A stretch of 64,000 nucleotides of DNA from Eledone cirrhosa (GCA_964016885.1 OZ024740.1:377084001-377148000), one strand, 5' to 3'. Positions 38,891 to 52,554 are shown, numbered from the stretch's first letter. Made by a program: numbers and translations. The notes: a model not told the origin generated them from the sequence alone.

Positions 38891-39385
38891 ACATACATAC
38901 ATACAAACATACATACATACATACATACATACATACATACATACATACATACATACATACATACATACATACATACATACATACATACATACATACATAC
39001 GCGTAATTGTGTGTGTGTGTATTTAATAAATTGGGAATTTCTGGCTTGTAGATTGATCGGTTATCTCATTTAGATGGATGAGCGAAGTTATCCCACATAT
39101 ATTTTCATATACACCGAACCTTATGATGGTGCAGCAATTGTTGAGATACGAAATAAAGAGAAATTACATTCATTTAAATCTAATATACTCATAATACTTT
39201 TAGAAAGAATTTCACACCAATCACATATTAAGAGAGAAAACTATGTTGCAATGTAATAACAGTTTCGGTTCGTTCACAGAAAGCAGGTTGTTCTGTTGTG
39301 TAGAGATTTATGAGGTTGGCACCTTGGTAAGAGTTCCCTAAGCATTATATGGGCCATCATATGTTAAAATGGATGAAATTTCATC

Positions 39386-39429
<44 letters not shown>

Positions 39430-39434
<5 letters not shown>

Positions 39435-39593
39435 GAAGGAAATGTGGTAAGGAACCAGGTGGACCATAACGCACCAAAGTACTCAATACTTAGGGTAGTA
39501 GAGTGGGTAATAGGAACGAGTAGGACCCCGACGGCTGAGTCCAGAATTAGCCGTCGAAACAGCTTGAGCTCAGCCTTCGGGGTCCTACTCGTT

Positions 39594-39597
<4 letters not shown>
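39430..39597 (-). mobile_element. PLE pLTR-type repeat with terminal fold-back
   Basis: taggaacgagtaggaccccga...tcggggtcctactcgttccta palindrome; (TA)n flanks; matches 1275-1455. Confidence 0.75.
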
Positions 39598-39644
<47 letters not shown>

Positions 39645-39999
39645 GGAAATTTAGTAAAATCGAATCTCTGGCGGTTTGCAAGTAAATTCGGCCTACTTAT
39701 ATGAAATGATGAGTTAGCAAAGCACTCGATAAGTTAGGTCCTTAGAGTAATAACATACGTTTAAATAGCTTGACAAATCGAACATTGTGGTAGGCAAATC
39801 TAACACACAATACTCTACCAAAGTAACGATAGAACTAACATATATATATATATATCGCAAAAAATATTTTATTTAATGTTTCCTTTATTACAGTGTTTTA
39901 TGTAAAGATACATGAACCCGTATTTCATTATTCATTCCTTTCAATCAATTACAATAAGACCTGTCCTTGCAATATGGTGAGACACAACAAAGGTAATTC

Positions 40000-41400
40000 T
40001 TATTGCGTCGTCTATTGCGCGGGTTAACAAGAGATGCGTTGAGGCCTAACATGGAGGGACCGGTTCCAAAGATATATTTCTATCTCATGCTGTAAAAACT
40101 GGCGATACACCTGCGACCTGTCTAGGAAGTCGTGGGATGGACGCACGAAGATTGCGTGTCCAAAGACCGAAAGGGAACAAGCTGTAAATATTGGACCTGA
40201 AACGTCACAACACTTACAGATAAGGAGCAGCAACTAGTGGAGGAAGCTAAATGCTATCGGCTGAATATAGTCGAGATTTCCTCAACAAATTCCGTGGCTA
40301 TTGCAAAATAGATTTGGATGAAGGATGGAAACTCCACTATTCAAGTGTGGCGGAGGAAATGGCAGTAGAGTTGGAGGGTGGGAGCTCTCACAAGACCCTG
40401 GCTGTCAGAATGTGTTATGAACTGCAGCGTTAGATATAGTTAAGACTGAGTCACATATTCTAATGGGAGACTTCAATGCACATATTGACAATGAACACCT
40501 AACATGGAAATGAGTGATTGGAAGGAACGGCGATCCCGAACTAAATACGAATGGAGAGGCGTTATTTAACTTCTGGTTTAGTAATGAGCTCTCTATTATG
40601 AACACTTTCTTCCAGCTCAAAGATCCATAACTACACATGGTATAAGGGGAATCAGGGACAGACACCAATAATTGATTTTGTCTCTGATCTCATAGATTCT
40701 GTCCTGGATGTGCTTGTTAAGAGAGCGCCTGAGCTGTCAACTGATCACTATCTAGTTATCTGCAACTTGAGATTACCTAAACCCAAAGAAGAACACAGAA
40801 CAGGCAGGTCCAGGTCGACCTACAAGATAAAGATGGAAGGTTTAGTGAATAAGGAAGTCAGAACCAGGTTTGCAGATACTATTGCATACAAATTCAGAGA
40901 ACACTCCGAGCAAACTGAGGACGTTGAAATTGAGTGGAAACTGTTTAGTTCGGCAGTTTCTGCTTCAGCTGTTAAATGTTGCGGGCGAAAGAGGCTTGGT
41001 GTGGCGCCGGCTGACAAGAAAACCCCTTCGTTCAATCAGTCTAAGATGATATCCGACCAAAGAAAGCGGCCGACAAAGCTTGGCTTCGAAAAACGTCCTC
41101 CTCCTTGCACTTGCGGTACAAGCAGGTGTTAAAAGTCGCAGCAGTGACAGTAAAGGCGTCCTAAGTTAAGACATAGGAGGACTTTGGGTTTAAGCTGGAA
41201 TCCGTCTTCAGATCAGCAAATAAAAGGTTCTGGCAGACCATCCCCCGACCCCGTACTAAGAACACCTCTTCCACACCTGCTATCAACAACGTGTCTGGCG
41301 CTCTTCTCTCTTCAGAGTCGTGCATCCCCACGAAGTAGAAAGAATACTTTGTTGATCTCACTAATCCCAATCACAGCAGCATCTTTTGATGTACACGAGG
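40000..41400 (+). mobile_element. Decayed RTE LINE 5' half (APE domain)
   Basis: GP*NVTTLTDKEQQLVEEA, ILMGDFNAHI, NTFF, IIDF, ELSTDHYLV. Confidence 0.85.
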
Positions 41401-41404
41401 ACAG

Positions 41405-42165
41405 TTAAGGCGAAAAAGATATCGGATGCTGAATTTTCCGACGACATAGTTTTGGTGACAAATACAGTGAAGGAAGCAGAGAATTTGATGCAGGAGGTTG
41501 AGACTGTGTCGATGAGTGTGGAGCTGAGAATGAATGAGACTAAAACAAAATATCTGGTAGAGAATGTTGAGAAGCCAGAGGGGATCACTAATGTAGGCGT
41601 GAAGCCGCTAGAATTGGTTGAGGACTTCCTGTATTTGAGAGCAAAGATTGGGAATACGGAAGATGATGTGGTTGAGAGGACGAGCGAAGCCTGGGCGGCG
41701 TGCCACAGCTTGAGATCGGTGTGGAAGTCGGACCTTCGTAAAGACCTGAAAATCCGCATCTTCATTGCTGTAGTGGAGTCTGTGCTGCTGTACGGGTCTG
41801 AGACTTGAACACTAACCAAGAAACTCACTCAGATGGTGGATGGGTGCTACATTAATCAATATAAACTGAGGATGAAAAACTCAGAGCTGTATGGGAGCCT
41901 CCCAAAAGTAAGCTCAAAAGTGACACAGAGGAGACTGAGGTTAGCTGGACATGCTCACCGACATTCAGAGTTGACATTGCACTCAGTGCTCCTGTGGGAG
42001 CCCCTATATGGACACACTGGAAGAGGAAGACCAAGGTTAAAGTATGTTGATGCCCTAAGGACAGACATTGGTCTGTTGGAGACGCAGGACATGGCAGCGA
42101 TAATGAGGGACAGAGACCGCTGGAGAGAACTCGTCCATGGATCTCCGGAATTTTACCCGCCCTAG
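41405..42165 (+). mobile_element. RTE LINE 3' fragment (RT C-terminus)
   Basis: [54 protein letters not shown]. Confidence 0.88.
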
Positions 42166-42258
42166 ATATATATATGTATATATATATATATACACACGTA
42201 CATACTTACATACATATATATATATATACTACATACATATATACGTACGTACGTACAC

Positions 42259-42311
<53 letters not shown>

Positions 42312-42317
<6 letters not shown>

Positions 42318-42573
42318 AAGAATTTATATCTAGTAACATATATATACATACAAATGCATATCGATGCTAGCAAATATATAGGTTTTGTCTTAATAACATT
42401 GTGGTTCAATGCATGGGGTTGCAGAACAATAATATAAGAGACGTCTCTTATATTATTGTTCTGCAACCCCATGCATTGAACCACAATGTTATTAAGACAA
42501 AACCTATATATTTGCTAGCATCGATATGCATTTGTATGTATATATATGTTACTAGATATAAATTCTTTATTAT
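42312..42573. repeat. Perfect 262-bp spacerless palindrome
   Basis: Symmetry centre at 42442/42443 (agagac|gtctct); ORFs on opposite strands give identical peptides. Confidence 0.92.
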
Positions 42574-42967
42574 TATCTCCAAAATATTTGTCGAGCAATA
42601 CTGGCCATGACTGCTGCTACGGTAGTCGCTGGCCGCTGTCTTATTAACAACCCACTTTCCACCGATTGACCTCGATGTCACGTGCTCGATTCTTTTTGAA
42701 TTTGCCACAGACACAGAGGCAGTGATTTTCTCAATGGCTAGGAAGTAAGTCCACGCTTTGCTATTTCCTATTCACTGATTTATTTTTTAATAAGCTTCCA
42801 GAGTCCTCGCTTTGTCTGGAAACTTATATGAGAATAGACTTTCCTGATGACGGGATGTTTCTCAACACCTTCTTCGGAAGATGTATCTACTCCATTCTAG
42901 AAACTAATTAGTTGGAAGTGATATTTTAGTAAGTAAGTTAATTTTATAATTTTCTTATCTTACGTCT

Positions 42968-43038
<71 letters not shown>

Positions 43039-43799
43039 TAGCAAGTGGTATTTCTCTCTCTTTTTTAAAGCTACCAAAATCGTCCTCTCATTACTGCGTC
43101 TCATAATTTCTCCCTTTCCAAATAAAACTTCTGATCTCACAAATCCTACCAATGCTGGATTGTTTGATTAGTTCTAATTAATATTAAGCTGGTTGGACAC
43201 ATCTATTTATTTACCCACTTAAATCAAACAATTAAGACACTACACACATCTTCACAACTCATCAAGCAATTTTCTGCAATTCTTCCTCTTTTCTTATAAC
43301 AACAATTTCAGGATGACAACCATTCATTTCCTATTCATTACTTGTTGAACATTAGCTCTTAACAATTTAAATAAAAGCATGCAATGGGTTTCCTTGCAAA
43401 ACTAACACCTAAATATTAATATAACTGTCAAAAGTGCTTGCTCACATAGTTTTAATTTAACTGAAATTCAAAATAAAATATCAAGTATTATTTTCAATTT
43501 TGTTTTGATTTCTCTATTAATGACATTATTTCTATCAGCATATATTCTTCCCCATATTCCAACAATTTCTGTTTTTCTTTTTAAATTCATGACATCTAAA
43601 ATATTCAAATATAAAGAAAGTATAAAAATGCTAGTTTTCTTTTCATTTGTTCAAGATTTCGTTTTAGAGTTAATCAATACCTGATTGAAAATATTTAATT
43701 CTGAATCTAAATCGTATATCGAAATAGGCCTTATATTTGTTGCATTAAAAAAAGGATTTTCTTTATTTAAATATTTCCTCTAAGACTAAAGAATACATA

Positions 43800-44445
43800 C
43801 ATGCGTAGTTGCATGAACAAGATGCGTTGGGCTGGTCGTCTGGTCAGGATGGAAGATAAGATGCTTAAACTGTTATTTAATTGGGAGCAGACCATAGGAA
43901 AAAGACCACAGCACAATCCAAAGAAGTGGTGCGTGGATGTCATAAAACACAATTTCTGAAGGTTGATAGAAACTGGGAGTTATTGGCTGAAGGCCGTACA
44001 TCATGGAGAAAAAGCAAATAAACCATATCTGATTACGGAGTGAAAATCAGATATGCTTTATTCAAGTGAAGTGCTTGCAAAATTCCAGCAGGAATTGAGG
44101 TGTAATGTATGTGGCCGATTGATTCTATCAAAAGCTGAATTTCCCACCATCTGAAGTCACACGAGCCAGGGACAATTCGAGCCACTTGTGAGATGGTTCA
44201 ACCGCTACGCTCTCTGTAGTATATTTGTAATGAGTGTGGCTTAATTTGCAAGTAAGCTAGTGGACTGATCAGACATGACACAATGCTTAAAGATACACCC
44301 CAGTCGGTATTGCAAGAAGACAGACAGTTGAAGTATCACATCTGTGAATGTCCCAGCAAAACAAAAGTCGGTCTGAAAAATCAGCTGCGTGCACATGATT
44401 GTGTAATGTTCAATGAATGGATTGCAGTCTCCTGACAAGTATGTA
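43800..44445 (+). mobile_element. Decayed RTE 3' end with zinc-finger remnants
   Basis: MNKMRWAGRLVRMEDK..KLLF; ICNECGLICK; TSVNVP..KSV; ATGT tail. Confidence 0.7.
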
Positions 44446-44674
44446 TGTGTGCATGTCGCTAGATAAGTAGATAGGCGTGTGGGGTGGTCGGTATTAAGGT
44501 AGGTAGGTAGTGAAGTAGCTGGGTAGATAGGGAGGAGAGCATTTGGGTCAAATATTAAAGAGGTAGGTGACTATAAACATAATGGGAAGAGATCAACAAG
44601 CAAAGACAACAATAAACAGAGAAGGGGAAGGTGATAGCTATCTAACAAACTAAGCGAATGAACATAAATTCATA

Positions 44675-45283
44675 CATACATGGTGGCTGCCAACTCGTTT
44701 TCGAGTACAGCCACTACTTTATATCCATGTAGGAGAACCCCTACCGATGCGCTGAACGAGTGTGACTTTTTAGTCCAGCCAGCGACTTGAAAACTCTGGT
44801 ACAAACACTACACTTGTGACAATTATTGACACATAGTACTGGGCCCATGTGACAAACTAGTGCAGAGAGATCTCCAGATATAAAGCAATGCCTGTGCCGT
44901 GAAGCTTTTATAGTGAGCAAAGGCACTGCACAAAGTCAGTCCCACTCTCTTAACCAAGATGATATTTACCAAAAAGAAGAACAAGTCAACATCATTGGAT
45001 ACCATCAGGGTTGCAGGTGTTATATCAAAGTTTTCCTTCTCCTAGAATTCTGCCTTGACAAAGGCTAAGGGGTCATCTATCCCGGTGATTTTGGATGGCC
45101 ATTGACTCTTAAGAGCTCCTTTGCCCTTTGACAGGTTTTGTTTTTAGTCCTGCAGGATGTCCAAAGTCACCCTCCTCACCAGGAAACCTTGGTGGGGTTG
45201 CCAGTTTAGTCGCCAACGACCCGACCATGAGACAGGTTGTACTGGGATACATGTTACCAGTAGTACCAACTGGTGACCTGACA
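44675..45283 (-). mobile_element. ~600-bp non-autonomous RTE derivative (5' UTR fused to the last zinc finger and 3' tail)
   Basis: Head matches 49083-49310; CSVCTRVFKSLAGLKSHTRSAHR*; tail GGCTGTACTCGAAAACGAGTTGGCAGCCA(CATG)(TATG)n matches 45355-45392. Confidence 0.75.
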
Positions 45284-45354
45284 CACATACATACATACAT
45301 ACATACATACATACATACATACATACATACATACATACATACATACATACATAC

Positions 45355-45471
45355 ATGATGGCTGCCCCCTCGTTATCGAGTATGGCCATTGCACGAGAAA
45401 AAAAAAAATTTTTTTTTAAATAATAAAAAAATAATAAATAATAAATAAATAAATTAAATTAAATAAAATAA

Positions 45472-45508
<37 letters not shown>

Positions 45509-45523
45509 AAAAAAAATAAAAAA

Positions 45524-45562
<39 letters not shown>

Positions 45563-45634
45563 CATACATATATACATACACACATACATACACATACACA
45601 CACATATACACACACACACACATACATTAATAAC

Positions 45635-45665
<31 letters not shown>

Positions 45666-48600
45666 GCAATAATAATAATAACGACAACAACAATAATAAT
45701 ATACATATTCATATATATATACACACACACGCACGCACATAAGCATATCTACACACACACACATACACGATAACAACTAACAGTGCTGCGATCGAATGTG
45801 GCTTTTTAGCCCAGCCAATGATCTACAATGTCTTGCACAGAGTCGGCAACCAAAACATTCACTGGGAATAGTCGGCTGTGGTTGGAGTTCGTGTACTTTT
45901 GCATGTCGCTTGAGCCCTCCTCCTGATTTACATTCTCTACCACATGTTTGGCAAGCATGATGAGTAGCATCTCCAACAGCAGCCTGGTAGTCAACCACTA
46001 GTCTTACTTTATGACTGCGAAGATGACTTTCGAGTCCAGCTTTGCTTAGGCAGAGTCTCGCACAGACGCTGCATGTCAGCACCATAGGAGGACCCTCGCC
46101 GTCTGGAAGTGCAACAGCAATGCCCTTCCTCACAACCCGCTTTACTTTCTCGTGTGCGATTCGAGATGCCTCAAAGGCAACTTTTCCCTCATATACAGTC
46201 TTTCTCCATTTATTACGATCAGCAGCAATATTTTCCCATGTATCAGCAGAGATGTTAGCGTCTTTCGGAGAGGCTTTCAAGGAATCCTTATACCTCTTTT
46301 TTGCTTTATGTGGCGGTCGTTATCCTTTAACCAACTCTTCATAGAAGAGTTGTTTTGGTATTCTAGAATCCTTCATCCTGGCAAGGTGACCACTCCAACG
46401 GAGTCGTTGCTTAAGCACAAGAGCTTCTATACTGTCACACATAGAGCTTTCCAAAATCTTGACATCACTGATGTGGTCCCTCCAGTGAACGCCATGGATC
46501 CGTCTGAGACACATCTGATGGAAACGCTCCAATTGCTTAAGGTGGTGTCTTGAGACTGACAGTCAAACCCAGGGCAGTGCAAGCGTCAGAAAATGCATTC
46601 AAAATGTGCTGCATATCACTCTCTGTGTGCGCTACAAGATCGCAATCATCTGCATACAAGAGGTCTCTTATGATTGATGTAAATACTTTTGTCTTCGCAG
46701 CAAAGCGCCTGGTGTTAAATATGCTGCCTGAGGTTCGATATCGGATGTAAACACCATGCTCGCAATTCCTGAATGCAATACAGAAAACCATTGCAAAGTA
46801 TATGGCAAACAGGATCGGTGCTGGAATATACCCCTGTTTCACTCCATTTTTTACTGAGATAGGCTCCGACATTTTACCTCCGACATTAACCCAAGCCTTC
46901 ATGTTGTCATGGAAAGACCTAACTAAAGCAAGGAACTTATCAGGGCAACGAAGTTTGTGGAGAACCTTCCATAATGCCTCTCTGTTGACAGTATCTAAAG
47001 CCTTTGTCAGATCGACAAAAACCTGATACAGATCCAAGCCTTGTTCAATTCACTTCTCCTGGAGCTGTCTAGCTGAGAAGATCATATCAGTAGTGCCGCG
47101 TCCAGCACGAAAACCAGATTGACTTTCAGGAAGAACACAATCTGCAATGTGTGTCAGCAGACGGTCCAGAAGCACCCTACATTAAACTTTCCCTACGACA
47201 GAAAGCAATGATATACCTCTGTAGTTCCCACAATCATTCCTGTTACCCTTTCCCTTATACAAGACCACCATTACTGCATCTCTCCAGTCCTCAGGTACGG
47301 ATTCATTAGCCCATATCCTTCCAAACAAAGATTGCAGATGTTGCAGGAGTTTCTCACCACCATATTGTAGGAGCTCAGCATGTATGCCATCCATACCTGG
47401 AGATCTTCCACTGTTCAACTTCGAAATAGCCACTGAAGCCTCCACAAGCGTCGGAGGTTCTGCGAGAGCTACTTTCACAGGACTTTCTGGAATGAGATTG
47501 AGGAAATCTTCACTGACGACAGACGGCTGATTCAAAAGATCATCAAAGTGCTCTCGCCACCTTCGTAGAATTCCCTGTGAGTCACGAAGAAGTTCTTTGC
47601 CATCCTTGCTGCGAAGCGGTGTCACCAGAGAAGAAGACGGTCCATAAAGCTCACGCAAGCGACTGTACAACAGCTTTGTGTTATTGGAATCTGACGCAGT
47701 TTGTATCTCACCAGCCTTCTCACTCCACCACTGATCCTTTATCTGAGAAAATCTCCGCCTAACACGTAATTTTACATCCCTGAGCTCCTCGTGCAACGTA
47801 TTCCTCTCCTGTGGTTTTGCCGTCAAGTAGCGTGACAGAGCACGCCTCTTATCAGCCAACAAGTCTTCTATATGTACATCATTCTCATTAAACCAGTCCT
47901 GATGTTTTCTCTGCACCAATCCCAGAACACGCCGGCCTACATCATAAACCGACTTTTTAAGGGTCGGCCAATCTTCACCAAGATCTACAGCCTGCATCTC
48001 TTCTTCCAATGTCCTCTTGACATTTTTATCCTTAAGACGAGCAGCATTCAATCTTTTGGGCAGGGTAACACCAGGAGCCCGGATTTTACGTTTGGTGATT
48101 AGTTTCACTTTTGCGCGTACCAGGCGGTGGTCCGTCCAGCACTCAGCTCCACGAAGAACACGAACACACTGCACATCCTGTCTGTCACGCATCCTGACTA
48201 GGACGTAGTCCAAAAGATGCCATTCCTTAGATGCAGGATGCATCCATGTGGTCTTGAATTTGTTCTTTTGTTGGAACATGGTGTTGGTAACACACAGATC
48301 CAGCTCCTCACACATCTGCAGCAGGAGCATACCATTGCTGTTACACTTTCCCATCCCATAAAGTCACCAAGCACGATGACTTTGTCTGCCTGAGGGATAT
48401 TTCTTAGAACACCTTTCAAGGCATGGTAAAAGGACAGTTTTTCTTCATCGACAGAATTCATAGTTGGAGCATACACACTCACCAGGGTAGCATATCTTCC
48501 TTTGTCCAACGGAACTCTCATGGACATAAGACGCTCACTAATCCCTACTGGGAATTCTTCTAATTTATTCACAAGTACAGTCTTAACAGCAAATCCTACC

Positions 48601-48979
48601 CCAGCCTCTCTTCTGGTTCCTTCATCTCTTCCTTTCCAGAAGAATGTATATTCTCCACAAAATTCCGTAAGATGACCATCCCCAGCTAACCTCGTCTCAG
48701 ATAAAGCCACGATGTCAAGATCGTAACGTCGAAGCTCCTTTGCAACAAGAGCGGTCCTTCGTTCAGGACGCTCCAAGGAATCCCTGTCAAGCAGCGTCCG
48801 TACGTTCCAGCAGCCAAGACTAAATGCCTTGTTTGGCTCTATTACAATGGCACGATGACGAGCGGGCCCAGGCTGTGATAACTTGGGGCCCCTGCCCTTA
48901 TTGCCAATGATCTTTTTTGTTCCAGAACCTAAATTGCCAATTATCTCTTTTACATTGTTCTGGAACATCATTGAATTTG

Positions 48980-49018
<39 letters not shown>

Positions 49019-49340
49019 TAATAATAGTAATAATAATAATAATAATAGTAGTACACTATTAATAATTATTAATGCACTCGTGCAATGCCTGTGCGTGACG
49101 AATATTTTTAAAGTGAGGAAAGACTGTGCACTGAGCCAATCCCACTCTCTGAGCGACAGTAGCTATAACCCGAAAAGAAGAAAAGATCAACATCATCGGT
49201 AACTACTGAGCCGCAGGTTTTATATCGGAGTTAACCCAGTTTCCTGAGATGCCTTCTCCTAGAAGAATGCCCTGACAAGGGCTAGGGGTTCTTCACTCCC
49301 AGTGGTTTAACTGCGCGATCGGGCATCCAGCCCGATTATT
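45355..49340 (-). mobile_element. Near full-length RTE LINE (APE-RT-C2H2 x3), disrupted
   Basis: LGCWNVRTL, ALSETRL, VYAPT, LGDF, TDHRLV, NYRGISLLS, FVDLTKALD, GVKQG, LLYADD, LRWSGH; ORF pieces 45777-48971 with frameshifts, a stop near 47051 and a deletion near 46535; (ATGT)n tail. Confidence 0.95.
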
Positions 49341-49490
49341 TATATGTCCCCGCGCAAAAAAAAAAAAAAAAAAAACTCACTTATTGACACTTATACGTAC
49401 GACATACACGCACACGCATACATATGCGCGCACACAGCAACACATACATACAAACAAACACACACACACGCTACTCTACTCACTTACACG

Positions 49491-49525
<35 letters not shown>

Positions 49526-49589
49526 TACCGTCATTATTGATACAAGATTACAAGATTATGTCAACTGTTGACTTTCAAGAGTTTGTATA

Positions 49590-49783
49590 GTTGAAGCCGA
49601 TCGTATTACAGTCCAGTATTATTATAATTGCTTTTCAGCATAGACTTATGGCTCCCCACGCTCTGAGCTCAAATCCCGCCGAGATCAACCTTGCCCTTCA
49701 TCCCCACGGAGTCAACAAAAGAGAGTACCAGTGATGCGCTGGGACAGTCGCTGGATCCGTGCCAAAAGCAGAAAAATTATTAT
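49590..49783 (+). mobile_element. SINE copy
   Basis: ctgagctcaaatcccgccgag...gcccttcatcccc...gagtaccag...gtgccaaaagcagaaaaattat. Confidence 0.8.
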
Positions 49784-50137
49784 TAAAGTTGTTTTCTTAA
49801 GGTCCGGTCGCTGGTGATGGTGATGGCGGCGGCGGTGGTGGTGGTGGTGGCAGTTGATGTTGTTGTGTTGTGTGCGTGTGTGTGTGTGTTTTGTTATTTT
49901 GAGTTTTTTTTTTTCCTTTCCCTTTTCTTTTCCTTTCTTTTCCCTTCCTTTTTTTATGTTTTGATGCCGCTGTTGTTGTTGTTGTAAATGTTCATTTCAG
50001 TTCATTCTGAAGCTGTTGTTGTTGTAAACATTAGTGCCGGTGTTGTTGTTGTTGTAGGTGTTGGGGTTGAAATCTGGTCGTTTGACTGAGTGATGTATAT
50101 ACACACATATACATACACACACATATATATATATATA

Positions 50138-52522
50138 TAAAATACGTAGTTTAGAAAGCCACAACAATGCAGAGAGAAATCTCGAGGTAGGAAGTGAATG
50201 ATGGATAGGAAAATAGGAGAAAGTGAAAATTGAGAGACAAAGATGAAAACAAAACAAAGGTAGAAGGGTTACCGTAGTGGAGATTTAATCCCAATATTTC
50301 GGGCTCACGCCCATCAACGGGGGAAAGTTCCAAAAGGGGGGGAACAGGCTAAGCCGGAGAAAGTTGTGATGTCGTTAAAGCAGGAATGCCGTTATGGGGA
50401 GAACATTTTTTAAAATTTAAATGAGGGAAAGAATGCGCGTGCGCGTGATAGGCTGTGGCAAAAGCTACTGACCAAATGGGTTAAATCAAGAGGGTGCGCT
50501 AGCGTGTGAAAGCCGTAAAATATGTGTGTGTAAATATATATGTGTGTGTAACTGTGTGTGTATATGTGTAAGTGTGTATATGTGTGAGTGCGTGTGTGTG
50601 TGAAAGATAGTGGGCTGTAGAAGCTGGAAATCAAAGGGTGTGAAAGGTGGTAGGTTGTAAAAACATGTGTGCGTGTATAAATATAGATGTGTGTGTGTGT
50701 ATGCGTATGGGTATGCATATACGTGCGTGTGTGTGAAAATAGCAGGCCGTAAGGGCTGTGAATGGTCACTATGGTTAAGTTAGCCATGTCAGCTCATTTC
50801 TCTCAGCCCGGTTGTTAAGTGGGGGTCTGAGGTTCTTAATAACAAGTGCTTCCTTTATCCTTAAGGATCCGATGCTGCGTTCAGTCGCTAGGACTGTGAC
50901 CAAGGGTCTACCCTGTGGGTTTCCGCATTTAAGGATGTGTTTACGGAAGGAAGATGCGTTGGTGTTGATATGTTCCTTGATACGAACATGTAGGGGTCGG
51001 ATGGTGCTACCTATGTAAAACTTGTTACATTTATCGCATTGAATCTTATATACGACATAGGTGCGTAGGCAATCTGCCCCCCCCCCCCCCCCCCCCGTAT
51101 CGGGCAGTTGCTGAGGGAACACGTCCCATCTGACTCGTCGGGTTTGTTGGAGAGGCATCTTCGCAGCGAAGGTCCTGTGTGGGCCAAATGTATGTCAAGT
51201 CCCTCCGTCCGTATGGCCCTGCGGATGGCGTTCGTGGTATATTCACTCAGGTGGGGGATTTTAAAGAAGCACCTGCTTTTATTTAAGTTTCTAGTGGGTG
51301 TCTGTCTATTGGGTCTGGGGTCTCTAATTCCGTTAATCAGTCGCTTGGGATATCCATTAGACTTGAGTAGATTACGGAATTGCGTGGTATGGGTGAGACC
51401 ACCCATCGGGTCGTTGCATCTGTTAGTGATCCGTGTCAGTTCATTTAGGACATAGCCGTTGTTGGGGGGGGGGGCTGAGTTGTAATGCACAAATAAGTCC
51501 TTGCACGCTGCTTTGCGGTAGAAGGTGGTGTTTATGTCTCCTTCTTCCGAGATGTTGATACGGAAGTCGAGGAGGGCGAGTGACCCGTCTTCTCCTGGGT
51601 GTTCGATAGTGAAATCGACGTGATGGTCAGTATCGTTGAAGATTTGGTGAATTTCATTCGCCATCTCCCGGGAAGAAGTAAGTATCAGGATGTCATCAAC
51701 GTATCTGGAGTAGAAGGCGACGGCGTTGGGTTGGCAGGTATTGAGTGCCTTGCGTTCCAGGTGGTCCATGTACGAGATCGCAAGTATGCCGGACAGACTA
51801 GAGCCCATAGGTAGCCCAGAGATTTGTTTGTACGTGTGGCCGAGGAAATTGAAGAGTGCATTATCCACAACGAAGGAGAGGAGTTGGTGGATGTCCGTGT
51901 GTGTGAGTCCGAAGCAGTGTAAGTTAGATGCTCGGACTCGTTCGGTCAACAGGTCGACGGCTGGGGATGCTGGTACGGAGGTATAAAGGGCGACCACATC
52001 AAGACTGAAGTCATAACCGTTGTCCTTTCTGGTGTTGGGCGTCAGATGGTGTAGTCGCTCCAAGACCTCCTTTGAGCTGCAGACGTGGGCTGGTAGTGTG
52101 TGTAGAATAGGTTTCAGTAGTGTGGAGAGCAGCCACGATATTTTGTAGAGTGGGCCCTCCACGCTAGAGACAATGGGCCTGATTTTCAAATCGGGTCCTT
52201 GTTTATGTGTTTTAACCAGGTGGTAGAAGGTGGGTAGTTTGCTGTTTCGAGTCATTATGTTGTTTTTTACCTTCTTTGGCAGTTTTCGTTGGACACAGAT
52301 GTTAGTCCATATGGTGTTAATGCCTTCCTCGATTAGAGTCGAGGAGCTCCCTGTGACTTTCGAGTAGAGGCTGTCGTCATTAAGATGTTGGAGAGCTAAG
52401 TTGTTGTAGGTCTCTCTCGAGATGACACAGAATTCTTTCCCCTTGTCATAGGGAAGTTACACAAAGTTCCTGGATCTTAGGTTGGTGAGAGTATTAAATT
52501 GTGCATTGGTGAGGTTGCGTTT

Positions 52523-52554
<32 letters not shown>

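Noticed and set aside
42843-42875. CTGATGA followed by a weak hairpin (also CTGACGA at 15080)
   Set aside because: No GAAA or stem I partner, so it cannot be called a hammerhead
43050-43760. Possible decayed L1/Tx1-like RT on the minus strand (KAYFD, QGNPL)
   Set aside because: Only two weak motifs amid many stops
47049-47053. TGA at the Cys of the RTE QEKC motif
   Set aside because: A simple nonsense mutation in an already disrupted copy is more parsimonious
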